NCBI RefSeq assembly: GCF_018977255.1
Contig: NW_024704742.1
Span: forward strand, 111,044,001-111,108,000
Length of the DNA: 64,000 nt
Reading direction: 5' to 3'
From: Callorhinchus milii
Taxonomy: Eukaryota
In this document: positions 1-12,738 of the stretch, one piece after another
Layout: every line of letters begins with the position of its first letter
Numbering within the stretch: position 1 is the first letter of the stretch
Position numbers and translations under genes: made by a program
Notes under the pieces: model-generated
What the model saw: only the letters and a program-made list of their open reading frames with translations
Told to the model about the DNA's origin: nothing
Databases searched by the model: none

Positions 1-2079
1 TCTGTCACTTGCTCAGCTTTCCCCCACTTCTGCAATATTGTTCACCACAAACACTACCTCTCCTCCCAGTTTGCCAAGACCCTCATTTGAGACCAAAGGG
101 AGGGTAATGAGAAAAGAACATTTTCATTTTTAAACAAATGTTTGGCAGAAGTGGTTGTATGAAAAATTGGGAAGATGTTCAAATGTTTGGATGCAAACAT
201 GTAAGATAGTTCACATCTGAACGTTAATCTCCATGTATAACCATTTTTCAACAGTCTGTCTCTCCAAACTCAGATATTTTTTCAATAAACTATGAATCTG
301 AAAAGCACAAAAGGTTCAAAACCATTCAATATCTGTTCTGCACAATTATATCTTGTGAATTTTGTTTGTTCATTTGGTGAAAGAATTTCATTATAAGGCT
401 CTTAAAATTTGGCCTGCTAACATTTAATTTTCCACTGCTCTTTTATGCTCCGTTCACTGCTGTTTGATTTACTTTTGTTTGAATAGTGAGTGTTGATGAG
501 TGGGAATATCTGGGAGAAGTGAATGACCCAGAATAAGAGGAAACTCAGTAATTACACATTTATACATGTGCTTACAGATATGCATATTGTGCATCTCCCA
601 TATATATATATATATGTGTGTACACATAGATAGTCACACATGCCATGCACGCATGGACATGGACTTGCAGAGTAGAAATGGAATTGGTTGAATTGTTGTA
701 ACAAGTAACATTAAATAAACTGTCAAACCAGTGGTATCAGTCAACACTCAGAAAACAAACAGAACTAGAAGGATATCAAACACATTTCTATCCTTTGCAA
801 TGTTTTTAAAAATTGGTTAAGATAACAACAACAACTACTTGCATTTATATACACACTTTCCATGATCATTTGGGTGACATAAGAAATTTGTGATCCGTAA
901 TGTCAGGTACTAAACCTGCATGCTTATGACAAAGGCAGAAAACTTTGTGGTTTCTGTATGAACATGATGTAGTATATGCTGACAGGAAACTTTTCAACAC
1001 ATGACTAAACACACCGCATTTATCTCAAACACAACTTTTTTTGTGTGATAAACAATTTTGACAAGGTTATATAATATGCCTAAAAAGTTCAAATTTTCTG
1101 GTCTATATCAGGAGTTGTGGAACAGTAACTTCCATTTTATTCATATTTGCACAAGTTCAAACTTTATTTTTAAAGAAGCCACCAGTGTAAGTAAATGTCA
1201 GCAGAACAAATTTGTGAGGCAGACTGGTGGCTTTGTGCTTTAATGCACTGTAAAAGAAAGCAAAGCAGCGGTAAGAGATGGTTTGCACTCATGATAAGTT
1301 TCCTTTGAACAGGCTTCCAATAAGGAGGGTAAGAAAAATTGGAAACATGTCACCCAGGGGCAGCCAGTTCTACTCCAGTATTGAAAAGAGGCCCGAGAGC
1401 AAAAAGGTGCATTAGTGTGGAATTTACATTTGAATGATCATATGAGGAAAGTGTAATCTTTGCTGCTCCAGTGCACATACATAATAAAAACTGGTCAACA
1501 AGCCTCTGCGGATAAGGCAGTAAGGCGTGACCATGCTATGGTTTATTACATTGAGCCAAACTACAAGATTTCACAAGTACAGAAACAACCTCTCCCATGA
1601 TTAGCAAGGAGTAGAGATATCTCTAGATTGTATTTTAATCTTTGCACTTGGTTAAGTTTGGCACACATCATTTACAGTATTCTATATGATTAGAATAATG
1701 TACAGCCAGATTAGCAGACACACCAAACATCTGCTCACAATACAGAGACAAGGAGGGGGGGAATGGCATCACCCATGTGGTGACAAAATGCATGGTGTGA
1801 TTCTCAAATAGTAATTTAATGATTGGTGGGTGAGCACATCTTATTTTGCATTAATTGGATAAATGTTCCCACCTTGATGTTGTGAATTTAGAATGGGGTT
1901 TTCCAACCAAAACATGCAATCACTGGTAAGGTCAAACTGATCAGGGAATTGTTTCATGATGTACTGAATTCCAATTGTAAATGACTGCAGCACACAATAA
2001 CAGAGAATTAGAATTTTTATAGGATCTCAACACAATGAAATGACTCAAAGTGCTTTTATAGTAATTACCTTTAGAACCA

Positions 2080-2510
2080 AAGAAATTTACAGTATAGAAG
2101 AAGGCCATTTGGCCCATAGTGTCTGTGCTAACTCTTAGAAAGAGCAATCCATTCAGTCCCATCTGCTTTTACTTTTATCTAAAGAGAGCTAATAGGATTT
2201 GGAATACCCTGCCAAGTGTGGTGATCGATCACAATCCATATGCAATAATCGTTGCATTTGACATAGCGCCTTATCACATCTTTGAGACGTCTCAAAGTGC
2301 TTCACAGAATATACTATAAAGTGAATTGACTGTATATATTGTGGGTGAATATTCACTTTCAAGAGGGAACTAGTTAGCTACCTAAAACGGAGTCATTCGC
2401 AGGCCTATTTGTAAAATACAGATAGATGGGACTGAATTAGTTGTTGTAAGAGCTAGCCCAGACATGATGAGCCTGACTGCCTTTTCCATGCTGTAAATTT
2501 CTGTTCCATC
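2080..2510. mobile_element. Two decayed CR1-type 3' ends in opposite orientation (2080-2165 minus, 2170-2510 plus), with a SINE tail fragment (~2245-2350) in the second
   Basis: Reverse complement of 2081-2165 aligns with 2425-2505 (gatgggactgaat...gctgtaaatttct). Confidence 0.6.
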
Positions 2511-4370
2511 ACGTACCGGCTCCTCTGCCCACCCTCTCACTCCTCGCCCATCCTCACCTCAAATGCCAACTGCGAGGCAATCCTGGAATCCGCTCAGCTG
2601 CCTCTGCCTCTGCTACCCCCTCCCCACCACCTCCTCCCACCCCGGTCCTGACCCATTCCTCCCTTCACACCACTGAACCTGTCTCCCCCTCCTCTCTCAC
2701 CACCATAATCCATATGAAACCTACCACCTGCTCCCTCGACTCCATCCCTTCCCCTCCCCTTACCTCCCAGCTCCACCTCCTTGCCCCTCTACTCACTGAC
2801 ATTGTAAATCTCTCCCTATCCACTGGTACTGTTCCCATCCCATTAAAAACTGCTGTCATCACTCCCATCCTTAAAAAACCCTCCTGGACCCTTCTCTACT
2901 CCCAAACTACCGTCTCATCTCCAACCACCCCTTCCTCTCCAAGGTCCTGGAATGAGTCCTAGATTCGCTCCTTCCTCTCCTGCCACTCCCTTTTCGAACC
3001 CCTCCAATCAGGTTTCCTTGACGTCCACAGCACACAAACAGCCCTGGTCAAAGTGACAAAAGACATTCCGTCCATCTCCGACCAGGGCTCCCTCTGCCTC
3101 CACGTCCTCCTTAACCTCTCTGCTGCTTTCAATACCGTCGATCACTTTAGACTCATCCATCGCCTCTCCTCTCATCTTAACCTCCGCGGCTCTGTCCTTG
3201 ACTGGTTCAGATCGTACCTCTCACACAGCCTCCACTTCATCTCCACAAACAGCTTCTTCTCTAGGTCCCAGACCATCTCATGCTGCATTCCTCAGGGCTC
3301 TGTCCTTGGTCCCCTCCTCTTCAATATCTATATGCTCCCTCTCGGTGACATCATCCACAGACATGGGGTCAACTTCCACATGTATGCGGATGACACCCAA
3401 CTCTACCTCTCTGCCTCCACCCTTGACTCCAGGACCTCTGCTGTCCTGATAGAATGTCTATCAGACATCAATCAAGTCCTGGATGAGAGCTAACCTTCTT
3501 TAGTTGAACATCAACAAGACTGAGGCTCTCCTGATTGGTTCCCGTCAGCGCCTCCTCACCTCAGGTGCTGACAGCATCACCATCCATGGTTGCACACTCC
3601 ACCTTGCTAAGCCAGTCCGGAACCTTGGGTCTTGTTTGAACCCTAGCCTTTCTACCCCACATCTGCGTCATGACCCGCTCTGCCTTCCCCCACCTCCGCA
3701 ATGTCGTCCGGCTCCACCACTATCTCACACCGCAGGCTACTGAATCCCTCATACACGCTCTCATTACATCGAGGCCCGACTACGCAAACTCATTGTTTGT
3801 CGACCTCCCCAACTCCTCCCTCCACTGGCCTCAGATCATCCAGAACTCTGCAGTCTATGACCTCTCCTGCACTAGGTTCCGCAACTCTATCACCCCCATC
3901 CTTGCCCGACTCCACTGGCTTCCCATCACACAGAGGATACATTTCAAGATCCTGGTCCTCAATTTCAATGCCCTCTATGGTCTTGACTCCCGCCCTCCAC
4001 CCCCACCCCACTTCTATGACCCCTTATCCCCTATCATCCTGCTCGCTCCCTCCAATCAGTGGGTTCCAGGCTGCTTCATGTTCCCCGCCTCGCTCGCTCC
4101 ACTATTGGCAGGTGGGCCTTCTGGTACTCTGCCCCCACCTTCTGGAACTCCATCCTGCAGTCCCTCTGCCTCGTCCCCTCCCTTGCCACCTTAAACACCC
4201 ATCTCAAGACTCTCCTCTTGAACTGTGCTTTTGATCTCCCTGGTTCCCCCCATGCTCTCCACCCTCCCAGACCCTGGCCCCCAGCTCGATCAGTAACTCT
4301 GGCTATCCAGCGACTTGGCACATCCTCTGACGTGAAAGGCGCTTACAAATGTAAAGGTGTTGTTGTTGTT
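2511..4370 (+). mobile_element. L2 (LINE2) element, 5'-truncated, frameshifted RT
   Basis: ORF pieces [50 protein letters not shown]. Tail gtgaaaggcgct...(gtt)n. Confidence 0.95.
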
Positions 4371-4540
4371 CCTGTACAAATAAGCCTAGTTTCTCCAGTC
4401 TGCTCACACTATTAAATGTAGTTACCATTTCAACCGTGCCTATAGTCAACTGCCCCTTCTCCCTCGCTCGGCCTCCAACCCCATCACTGTACAGCTCTCC
4501 TAAACACTATCCCTCATTATGGGTGCTGTATAAATTTCAT

Positions 4541-4899
4541 TTCCTCTGCACCCCCCTACCTCTTTGACCTCCTCTCTCCTCAAAACAGTACCCGTTGCCT
4601 TCGTTCCTCCAGGTCTGGCCTCCTCCTTGTCCCCCAAGTTTCCCGCTCCACCCTCGCGCCTGTGCCTTCAGCCACTATGCCCCGAGGCTCTGGAACTGCC
4701 TTCCTCACTCCCTTCGTCTCGCTCCCTCCTTTCCCATTTTCAGGTCTCTGCTGAAGACCTTTCTTTTCGACCACGCCTTTGGTCACCTTCCTCCCCCTCC
4801 CCCTGGCTCGGCCCCGGGATCCGTTACTGTAAAGCGCTCTGAGACGCCGTCTGGCATGGAGTGCGCTATATAAATCCAAGTTGTTGTTGTTGTTGTTGT
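4541..4899 (+). mobile_element. L2 3' fragment
   Basis: AFSHYAPRLWNCLP...LKTFLFD, tail ending (gtt)n. Confidence 0.9.
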
Positions 4900-5662
4900 A
4901 TAAATGCAAGTTGTTGTTTTTGTAAATGTGGAAACCATGTTGTGCACAGCGAGGTCCTATAAAATAATACTTTGAAGTAATCAATTTATTCTTCGCCAGA
5001 GAACCTGAAGAAACTCCATTATCTTTTCAAGTAGTGGTATGTGATCTTCATATTCACCTGAAGAAGATAGAAAGGAGCCAAGAACTGTGATTTTGATTGA
5101 TCTTTTGAATCAATAATTACAAACAGGATCTAGATCCCCTTTAGGAATTTGCTCTGAAACATTTCCTGTCTGCAATACAGATTTGACCGTTATTATATAA
5201 GAAATATCTTTGGCAAAACATTTTAAACTGATTCATTATTATGCTGAGCCATAGCTGATTCAAAGCTTGGATGATGAATTAAATATAGCAGCACCTTGAT
5301 ATTTTAGTGCCTGGATATCCAACAGAAAGACTAAAAAACAATTTTCTATATTTGTACATTGTGGCACTGTATACTAATCTTACACTACGCCCAACAGACA
5401 CAGCACAATGTCTGACAGCGGCACTAATGGGGATCAATCCACTTGTAGAAAGATAATGTGGTTATTAGGTCATCTCCTGAAAGTGCATTGAAATATAAGT
5501 ATTACCTGATTGATGTTAGATGATGTTTTTATGTATAAATGCGCTGAAAGATTCTGAGTAGCTGTATAGTACAGAGTACAGTGTAACAATTATGGGGCAG
5601 TCCCTTTCTAATGCGTTTGTCTCGTCTGATATCACTGCTGACATCACTTTACAAAGGAAGTA

Positions 5663-6027
5663 ACAACAACTCGCACTTACTCCACGCAGGGTAGCGTCTC
5701 AGAGAGCTTAGCAGTGGTGGAGCCTGACTCCAAGCCAGGGGGAGGTGGCTGTATGCATGGTCAAAGAGGAAAGTTTTCAGTCGGCACTTGAAAGAGGGGA
5801 GAAAGGGGGCAAGGCGGAGGGATTGAAGGAGAGTGTTACAGAGCTTTGGGATGTAGTGGCTGAAAGCACGACCTCCGATGGTGGGGTGGAGGGTGTAAGG
5901 GACGCGTAGGAGGCCGGTGCCAGTCGAGGGGAGGTGCTGGGTGGTGAATTGGGGAGTGAGGAGGTCGGAGAGGTAGGGAGATGCCAGGGAGTGAATGGAT
6001 TTGAACACGCGAGTGAGAATCTTGAAG
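5663..6027 (-). mobile_element. L2 3' fragment
   Basis: IGGRAFSHYIPKLCNTL...LKTFLFD, (gtt)n tail. Confidence 0.9.
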
Positions 6028-6889
6028 ATAAACGCTTAATATTGCTTCCTGCATATAACGTTCACGTGAGCACCCAGGAAGTGATATCAGCAATGTTTCT
6101 GAGCATAACACACAGGAAGAGATGATCTAGACATTGGCCATTCTTTAGTATGGAAAGTTGGCTGAGTTAGCCAACTTAGCTGGCCATTAGCCAACTTAGC
6201 TGGTGTACCACTCTTTTGGTGTGTGTGTGTGTCCACCGTACACTCTAACTGACCCTGTATTTTGGTCAACTGGGGTGTGTTTCAAATGGGCTAAACTTGT
6301 ATAGACTGAAGGTCAAATGATATCTACAATTTTTGATTTGATTGGGTGTTACTAAGATTCAAGGAGCGATGGGGAATGAAAATATTGGGGATTAAAGCCC
6401 TTAAATTGGTTCTCTGCACAAGCTCTACAAATGTTCAGATTTTTTAAAAAATATTGTTTTTGCTTGGGAGCAAATATTTCTGCAAGACTCAGTATTCATT
6501 CAAATCATTCTGATCAAAAATGTTCTTCCAGTTCTTGGTATACATTCCTAATAACAGTTCTGAGAAACAATTTTAATTCTAAGCCTCAGCTGCAGTTTTG
6601 ATTTGCAAAGGTTTAGGCGAGGCAGTGAAGATGCTCCTTTAAATTAGATTAAAATGGTTTTACAACTGCAAGAATTTCAAAAAACAGAATTCTTTTAAAA
6701 CTTATAAAAAGTTTTATCAATGCTTGTGTTGTTCAAATGTCATGCTGCTTTCATTGTGCCTGGAGCCCGTGTGGAGTGAGATGCCTGGTTCATAAGGTTT
6801 ATGGATGTGACAGGCTCCACAGTATCTAAATGTAAATTTGTATTATACTTTATAATTCATTTTTTGGTCAGCCGGGTGTCTGATACACA

Positions 6890-7350
6890 GAATCCCATCA
6901 CCACGCTGAAGAGTATCCAAAACAAATAGAGCTCCATGCATCCCACCTACACATGGAAATTCACCTAATGCTGGAAACCGGTTGGTAAGAGCACTTTACA
7001 TCACGACAACAATAGGGTCCCAGACTGTGCGTTGGGTTACTGCTGGAGTCTAATCAGGGAGTCTAATCAGCTAAAACTTCAAAACTTGCATTGAGAGCAC
7101 TATCTGACAAGCTTTCCCACTGCTTGTCCAGCTAAGGCCACCCTATTCATTAGGGCTTTGGCTTGCAGGACTCACGGGAGCTGAGTGGGAAGAGTCCCTG
7201 CCCCCCAGTGACTGTCCTAACCTTCCAATTTCTGCCAATGAGGTGTCATCAGCAGTGCCTTGGAATACTATGGGCCCACCTGGCTTAGGAACCGGACTAC
7301 TGAGACTGCCACAGAGGGCTGGCTCGATTCCGACATTCTGTAGCTAAACA
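6890..7350. repeat. Unclassified interspersed repeat, copy A
   Basis: Collinear similarity to 47205-47590 and 57790-58340 (aagagtatccaaa; catggaaattc; ctggagtYtaaYcag; ggagctgagYgggaagaRtccct). Confidence 0.8.
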
Positions 7351-8204
7351 TGTAACCTTGGAGCTTTCTCCTTAGCCTTATGATGATCTGCAATCTCATT
7401 GAAAACCACAACCTGACCCACACATTCCTCAGAAGACAGCGTGTTCCTTCCTGATCAAACTACGAACCTCCATTGTATGCGATACACACGCAGTGATTAC
7501 CTTCAAATGATGCCAAGGGAACACTGGTTGATTTTACCATTTGCTTTGTAAGGAAATTTCAGTATCAATACAAATTGAATTCCTTTACATAGTACAAAAC
7601 CTCAGTTTAGAAAGATCTTTAGTCCTTTACTTATCAAGCTACAGTAATCACTAGGGACAACTGTTGCAACATGATTTAACAGACGGGGTCATCTCAAAAA
7701 TTGCACATTGCAGCTTTCATCACCTGTACAGTAATTATTGCTGGGATGTAATGCACTTGAGATGTTCTGACAATATCAGAACACAGATTGTATTAACAGC
7801 CTTAAAATTACTCCACCAAGTTTTCCTTCTTTAGAATATATACATTTGTTTTTTCTTGCGTGTGTGTTCTGAGCATTCCCAGTTGAGTGTTTGCATTGGA
7901 GTTCATGCTTTCCTCACCCACTACCAGTTTTCCTTGTACAGCGTCTCTACTAACTGCTGGTATATACTATTATATCGCCCTGTTCCACTCTCTGTGACAG
8001 GACGTGTGAATAAAAAGGAACAAATATAGAGCCAGAATAAAGATTGTTATGAGACATATTGTTTTGTTCCTGAAAACAGATGCAGCTCATTTAGTGGATT
8101 GTAATATTCCTGAATACATCTGGCAATACCCTGCTGAGGTTATATAATAATAATCCTTGTATGTATTATAGCACCTTTCAGGTTGGGAGGATAATAATTT
8201 TTTC

Positions 8205-8510
8205 ATTTGGCAAAGGGCCTTTCATATCAGGAGGACATCTCAAAGAGCTTCACAGGATGTACTGTCAAGTGAAGTGACTGTATAGAGTCAAACCTGTCTT
8301 CAATAACCTTAGAGGACTGGGCCAAAGTGGCCTTTATACAAGGGTAGCCTCTGAGTAAGGGTTCATTGGTGTGTGAACCTGGTAGTCTCGGCTGTTCCAG
8401 GGTAGTTGCTGGATGGAGGTGGTTTTTTGAACAGGTTTGACTGCATTTGTAGACAATTGTGACAGCCTAATTGCTCACAGCATAGTTCCACAAATAGCCA
8501 TGACGTTGGG
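8205..8510 (-). mobile_element. Decayed SINE 3' half interrupted by a MITE
   Basis: SINE tail and core (cacagcatagttccacaaatagccatg) split at gactgTA. Confidence 0.65.
8285..8443. mobile_element. Short Tc1/mariner-Tigger-like MITE
   Basis: Terminal inverted repeats (g)agtcaaacctgt / acaggtttgactg. Left flank TA, right flank CA (decayed TA). Confidence 0.65.
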
Positions 8511-8864
8511 GGTTTAGAATATTGTTTGTTCTAAAATTACACATGGATAACATTACATTTATCATTAATTATAGAATAGTCATAAAATTGTTTTGAACTT
8601 CCCTCTGTTTAAAAATATAATTTTGTATACAAGTAAAATAAACTCATGTGTAAATAGATAAAAACTATAAAAAGTAATTCTTGATGCAGTTGTGCCTTAT
8701 CAACAGTATCACTAATAATAATCCTTGAGGACATCACAGGATTCAATGTGAAGTGGAGTGATTGTTTATTTGTCCCACAAACACCATGAAGTGAATGACC
8801 AAATTTTATTTGGGGAATTGTTGGCCAGAAACTCACTTTTCTTTTTGAACAGGCAACAGGGCCT

Positions 8865-9019
8865 GAGTTTACCGTCTCATCTCAACAATATACCCTCCCC
8901 CCCCACCCACCTGCACTGAAGTGTCAGCTTAAACTATGTGTGTTCGCATGCCGACATGGGCCTTGAACCCACAACCTTCTGACCCAGAGGCACTAGTGCT
9001 ACCACTGCGCCAGGCTGAC
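8865..9019 (-). mobile_element. DeuSINE-like (SacSINE1/AmnSINE1-type) 5' part
   Basis: Reverse strand gtcagcctggcgcagtggtagcactagtgcctctgggtcagaaggttgtgggttcaagg is a tRNA-like head with A and B boxes. Confidence 0.65.
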
Positions 9020-9793
9020 ATGGCAAATTAGTACTGTAACATGAAACGTTATCCATACTGGAACAGGCATGTCTATTTAAAAGGTCATCATCTGAGCCAA
9101 AATAGGGCTCTATGAGCAATGCTACTACCTTTAGGTAAGTTTATCTTCAGCACATCCTGAAAATGATTTGCTGGAGGACTTCAGAGTGCTTTAAATGTCA
9201 ACTTAGGACACTGGAAGAACTCAAAGGTACAAGTGCCCCCTTATGTGACTAATAGTCAATAAGAGGAAGGCCTCCACTGTTGACAAGATACTGTGGGTGG
9301 CTTTTTTTTCAAATATAGATTCTGCACTGACCTATCTGTGGTTAATTATTTATAGCAATATATGCAACTGCGACTATATTTTTATTTCATTGGACTATAT
9401 CTTATTTCTCTTGTGTTGGACACAGAACTACACAACACCTCGATGACCATTGCTGTTCTGAAGTGAATGGCCGGATCTCCTTCACATAAAAAATACAGTA
9501 AACCCCTGGTTTATCAGACACCAGGTGTGGGGAATTCAAACCTAACAGACTGACATGTAAACTCCCGCTGGCCGCACTCTCCTATCACTTTCCCCGCCTC
9601 ACCATGCTCGCTGGCCATCAGTGGGCAGGGATATTCACTTTGATTCATTTTGAATCCTGTGAGCACGAGACAGTTTATTCACTATCTTCTGCTCATGGGA
9701 ATCAAACAATTACAATGCCGGTACCATTTTACGGCATTGAATAAAACCAGTGCACTGAATAAAGTCTCAGCGAGGATGGGGGTGATAGGCTCA

Positions 9794-10041
9794 TAATAAA
9801 ATAATAATAATCCTTGCATCTGATATAGCATTTTTCACGTCTTCTAGATGTCTCAAAGTGCTTCACAGAATATACTGTAAAGTGAATTGACTATATATTT
9901 GTGGGCGTAACGCGGCAGCCAATTGCGCACAGCAGTGTCCCACAAACAGTCATAGATTGAGTGACCAGTTTTATTATTGTTTTTGTTCTTGAAGGATTAT
10001 TATCAGGCGTGTGGAGTAAGAAAACTTGCCCAAGGTTTCGC
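9794..10041 (-). mobile_element. tRNA-derived L2-tailed SINE, 5'-truncated
   Basis: Near-identical to the body of 23760-24076, (tta)n tail. Confidence 0.9.
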
Positions 10042-10944
10042 CCTGCTGGGAATCGATTCCTTTCATTATCTTAATCACTACAAGCGCATTGACACTTAAC
10101 TTTCCCTGCTCTAAGGAATATAACCTCAGTCTCTGAAAGCTGCAGATCACAAAAACGCAGAATGTTACAGCACGGAAACAGTCCATTCAGCTACCAAGTA
10201 TTTACTTGTAAAGCACGCTGGGACGCTACCCTGGTGAGGGGCGCTATATAAGTGTAAGTTGTTGTTGTTGCTTGTGTTTTTCTCCACATGAGCCACTGAA
10301 TCTAATTCCACTACTCTGTTTGCTCCTCATGTACGTTAACATTTCACTTTTCTAACATTTATCTGATTTCTTATAATAATAATAATATTATTATTTCTTA
10401 TAAAAGAATTGTGATTTTTGCTTGAACAATAGTTTGCGACAGAGAATTACATATACAATGATGAGTTGCACACTGTTAAGGACTAACTGCTTGATCCTTA
10501 TTCTCTTAACTAATTGTTTCTGGTTAATGTCTATGCTGTATATTGGTACTACAACAGCCTCAAATAAAATGTGACTGCAGCACACTATATTCTGACACTG
10601 ACTCAAAATATCACATTAATTAACAGACAAATAAAAATGCAAATATCACAACACAAAAGAGGCAAGAAACCTCTTTATGGAGAAGCACTCTGTAAAGATA
10701 ATGACAGGAATGAACACCCTTCCTGCACAAACTGCAGATATTAAGGTAAATGAATGCAGGGTGTAAGCATATACAATACACTCAATGACAGCCATCTGAA
10801 ACATATCAGAAATATAGACTCTACTTGGGTACTGCACTACCACTGCCCATCAACTGGAAATACAACAACCGTTGAACCTAATACCTGTACTTCAGGACAT
10901 CATAATCTCTGTAAGAGCTCCTTAATTCTCCCATAAACCAAATT

Positions 10945-11225
10945 TGAGTTTATAATCTAGGCTGATACTTCAGAGCAGTACTGAAGGAGAGCTGTATTGT
11001 TGTTAGCACTACCATCCCCTCAGAGGAATCTTCAATCCAAATTCTTGTCAGTCTGTTAGCTGTAGGTTAAAGATGAGAACAATATTTCGGGAAAGCACAG
11101 GGAGATCTGTATTCGGATGAATTTGCTCCTTCTTCATCAAATTCGGCAACAAATTGATGATGGATTCCAATTGCTACGTAATTAGCATAATTGATACTAA
11201 ATCTATGTAAATTGTGCACTTCTTG
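10945..11225 (+). mobile_element. Old DeuSINE-like fragment
   Basis: ataatctaggctgatacttcagagcagtactgaaggagagctg, similar to 46775-47030. Confidence 0.55.
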
Positions 11226-11590
11226 CCCACTGATGAACCCTGACAGCATACAACAACAACAACTACAACAAAATTACATTTATAGAGTGCCTTTCACGTC
11301 GGGAGGACGTCCCAAGGCACTGAACAGTCAGGTGTCGGGGCCCAAGCATGAGGGAGGGTAGCATAGGTGTCATTAAATATTAATTTAATTGTTATTAAAT
11401 GGAGGTTCCGTCTACCTGTTCAGATGAACACTGAACAGGCAGACAGGATGTTGGGTTAGCATTACATCTGAAGGATGGCACCTCCATCAAATCAGCAGAC
11501 CCCAGTACTGCAGCGGAGTTTCAGCCTACACTATGAGTGTCCCTAAACCATATCCTCTTGTGGAGCCCATATCCTCATGTGGAGGTTTTT

Positions 11591-11987
11591 ACAACAACAA
11601 CAACAACACAATTCTATTTATAGAGCGCCTTTCACGTCGGGAGGACGTCCCAAGGTGCTGTACAGTTGGGTCAGGACCCGAGCAGGGGGGAAATGGTCAG
11701 GATGAGGGGAGGGAAGGGAGGGAGCGAGGAGGGGGTAGAGAGTCGAGAGGGGAGCTGAAGGTACGGTCAAAGAGAAAGGTCTTGAGACCGGCCTTGAAGG
11801 AGGAAAGGGAGGAGGCAAGGCGAAGGCACTGGGGGATGGAGTTCCAGAGCCTCGGGGCTGAGAGGTTGAAGGCCCGGCCACCGATGGTAGGGCAGTTGGG
11901 GCGGGGGATGTGGAGCAGACCGGAGCCAGAGGAACGGAGGGTACAGGCAGGTAAGTAGGGGGATAGTAAGTAGGAGAGGTAGGAGGT
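11591..11987 (-). mobile_element. Young L2 3' fragment
   Basis: TIGGRAFNLSAPRLWNSIP...LKTFLFD, tail gggacgtcctcccgacgtgaaaggcgc(gtt)n. Near-identical to 37542-37970. Confidence 0.93.
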
Positions 11988-12580
11988 AAACATATTAATG
12001 TAGTGAGGTTGAATTTAGATATATCCTTTGCAACACAAAAGATAACAATAACGTCAGCATTTCACAACTTTGTTCTCGTAATAAAATCAATTTTGAACGG
12101 TAGATATTATTATGGTATGCCAGTTACCAACTGAAATCACAATATCAATAATAGTAATTCTTGCATTTGATTTAGCACCTTATCATGTCGTTGAGACGCC
12201 AATTTGTGAAGCGCTTTGAAATGTCTTGACTATGTGATAAGGTCCTATATCAAATGGATTATTATTATTGCTATTATTATAATCTTAACGATTATAATCT
12301 TAATGATTACTTTTTCCTATCCGAATTGAAAAACTTGGATTTTAAATGAACCACTAAAAGGGCTGAATATATCAACGAAGAAAATAACGAGAGAATTTAG
12401 TATTAAGATAAATAAAAGAAAATGTTATATGAGTATAATTTTAATCTTGTCCACAGAGGTTATTTTCACATCACCTCAAATTTAAATACACTGAGGATTG
12501 CAGCAAAGGTATTTGGAAATGCATTTAAACACAGACCTGTATTTCAACACGTTTACTTGTCGTCTTCACATTGTACTTAC

Positions 12581-12738
12581 CTGTGCCATTAGCACGTCCT
12601 CTGAAAATGTCATCGTAGGACTTCCACTGTTCATTCATCTGATAGGCATAGATGAAAATCACAAAGACACCCACAAGGCACAGCAAGGGCATCAGAGCAG
12701 CTGTGGCAAGAGCAGCGTAAAGATTTGGAATGAAACAC
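12581..12738 (-). CDS. ADGRV1: ADGRV1 internal coding exon (ECL2 Cys, TM5, ICL3), 158 bp, phase 2/1
   Basis: G+[52 protein letters not shown]+G, matching recalled ADGRV1 [50 protein letters not shown]. Acceptor ctcttcatag, donor AG|gtaagt. Completes the split Val codon GT/G. Confidence 0.96.

Noticed and set aside
6167..6203. 20-bp tandem duplication (ttagccaacttagctggcca), and similar small duplications at 7045-7070 and 12836-12870
   Set aside because: Ordinary slippage duplications with no further structure.
10646..10843. Hydrophobic minus-strand ORF as the next ADGRV1 exon
   Set aside because: No similarity to the expected EIPLILYLF...WLWGGLH segment and no convincing splice sites.
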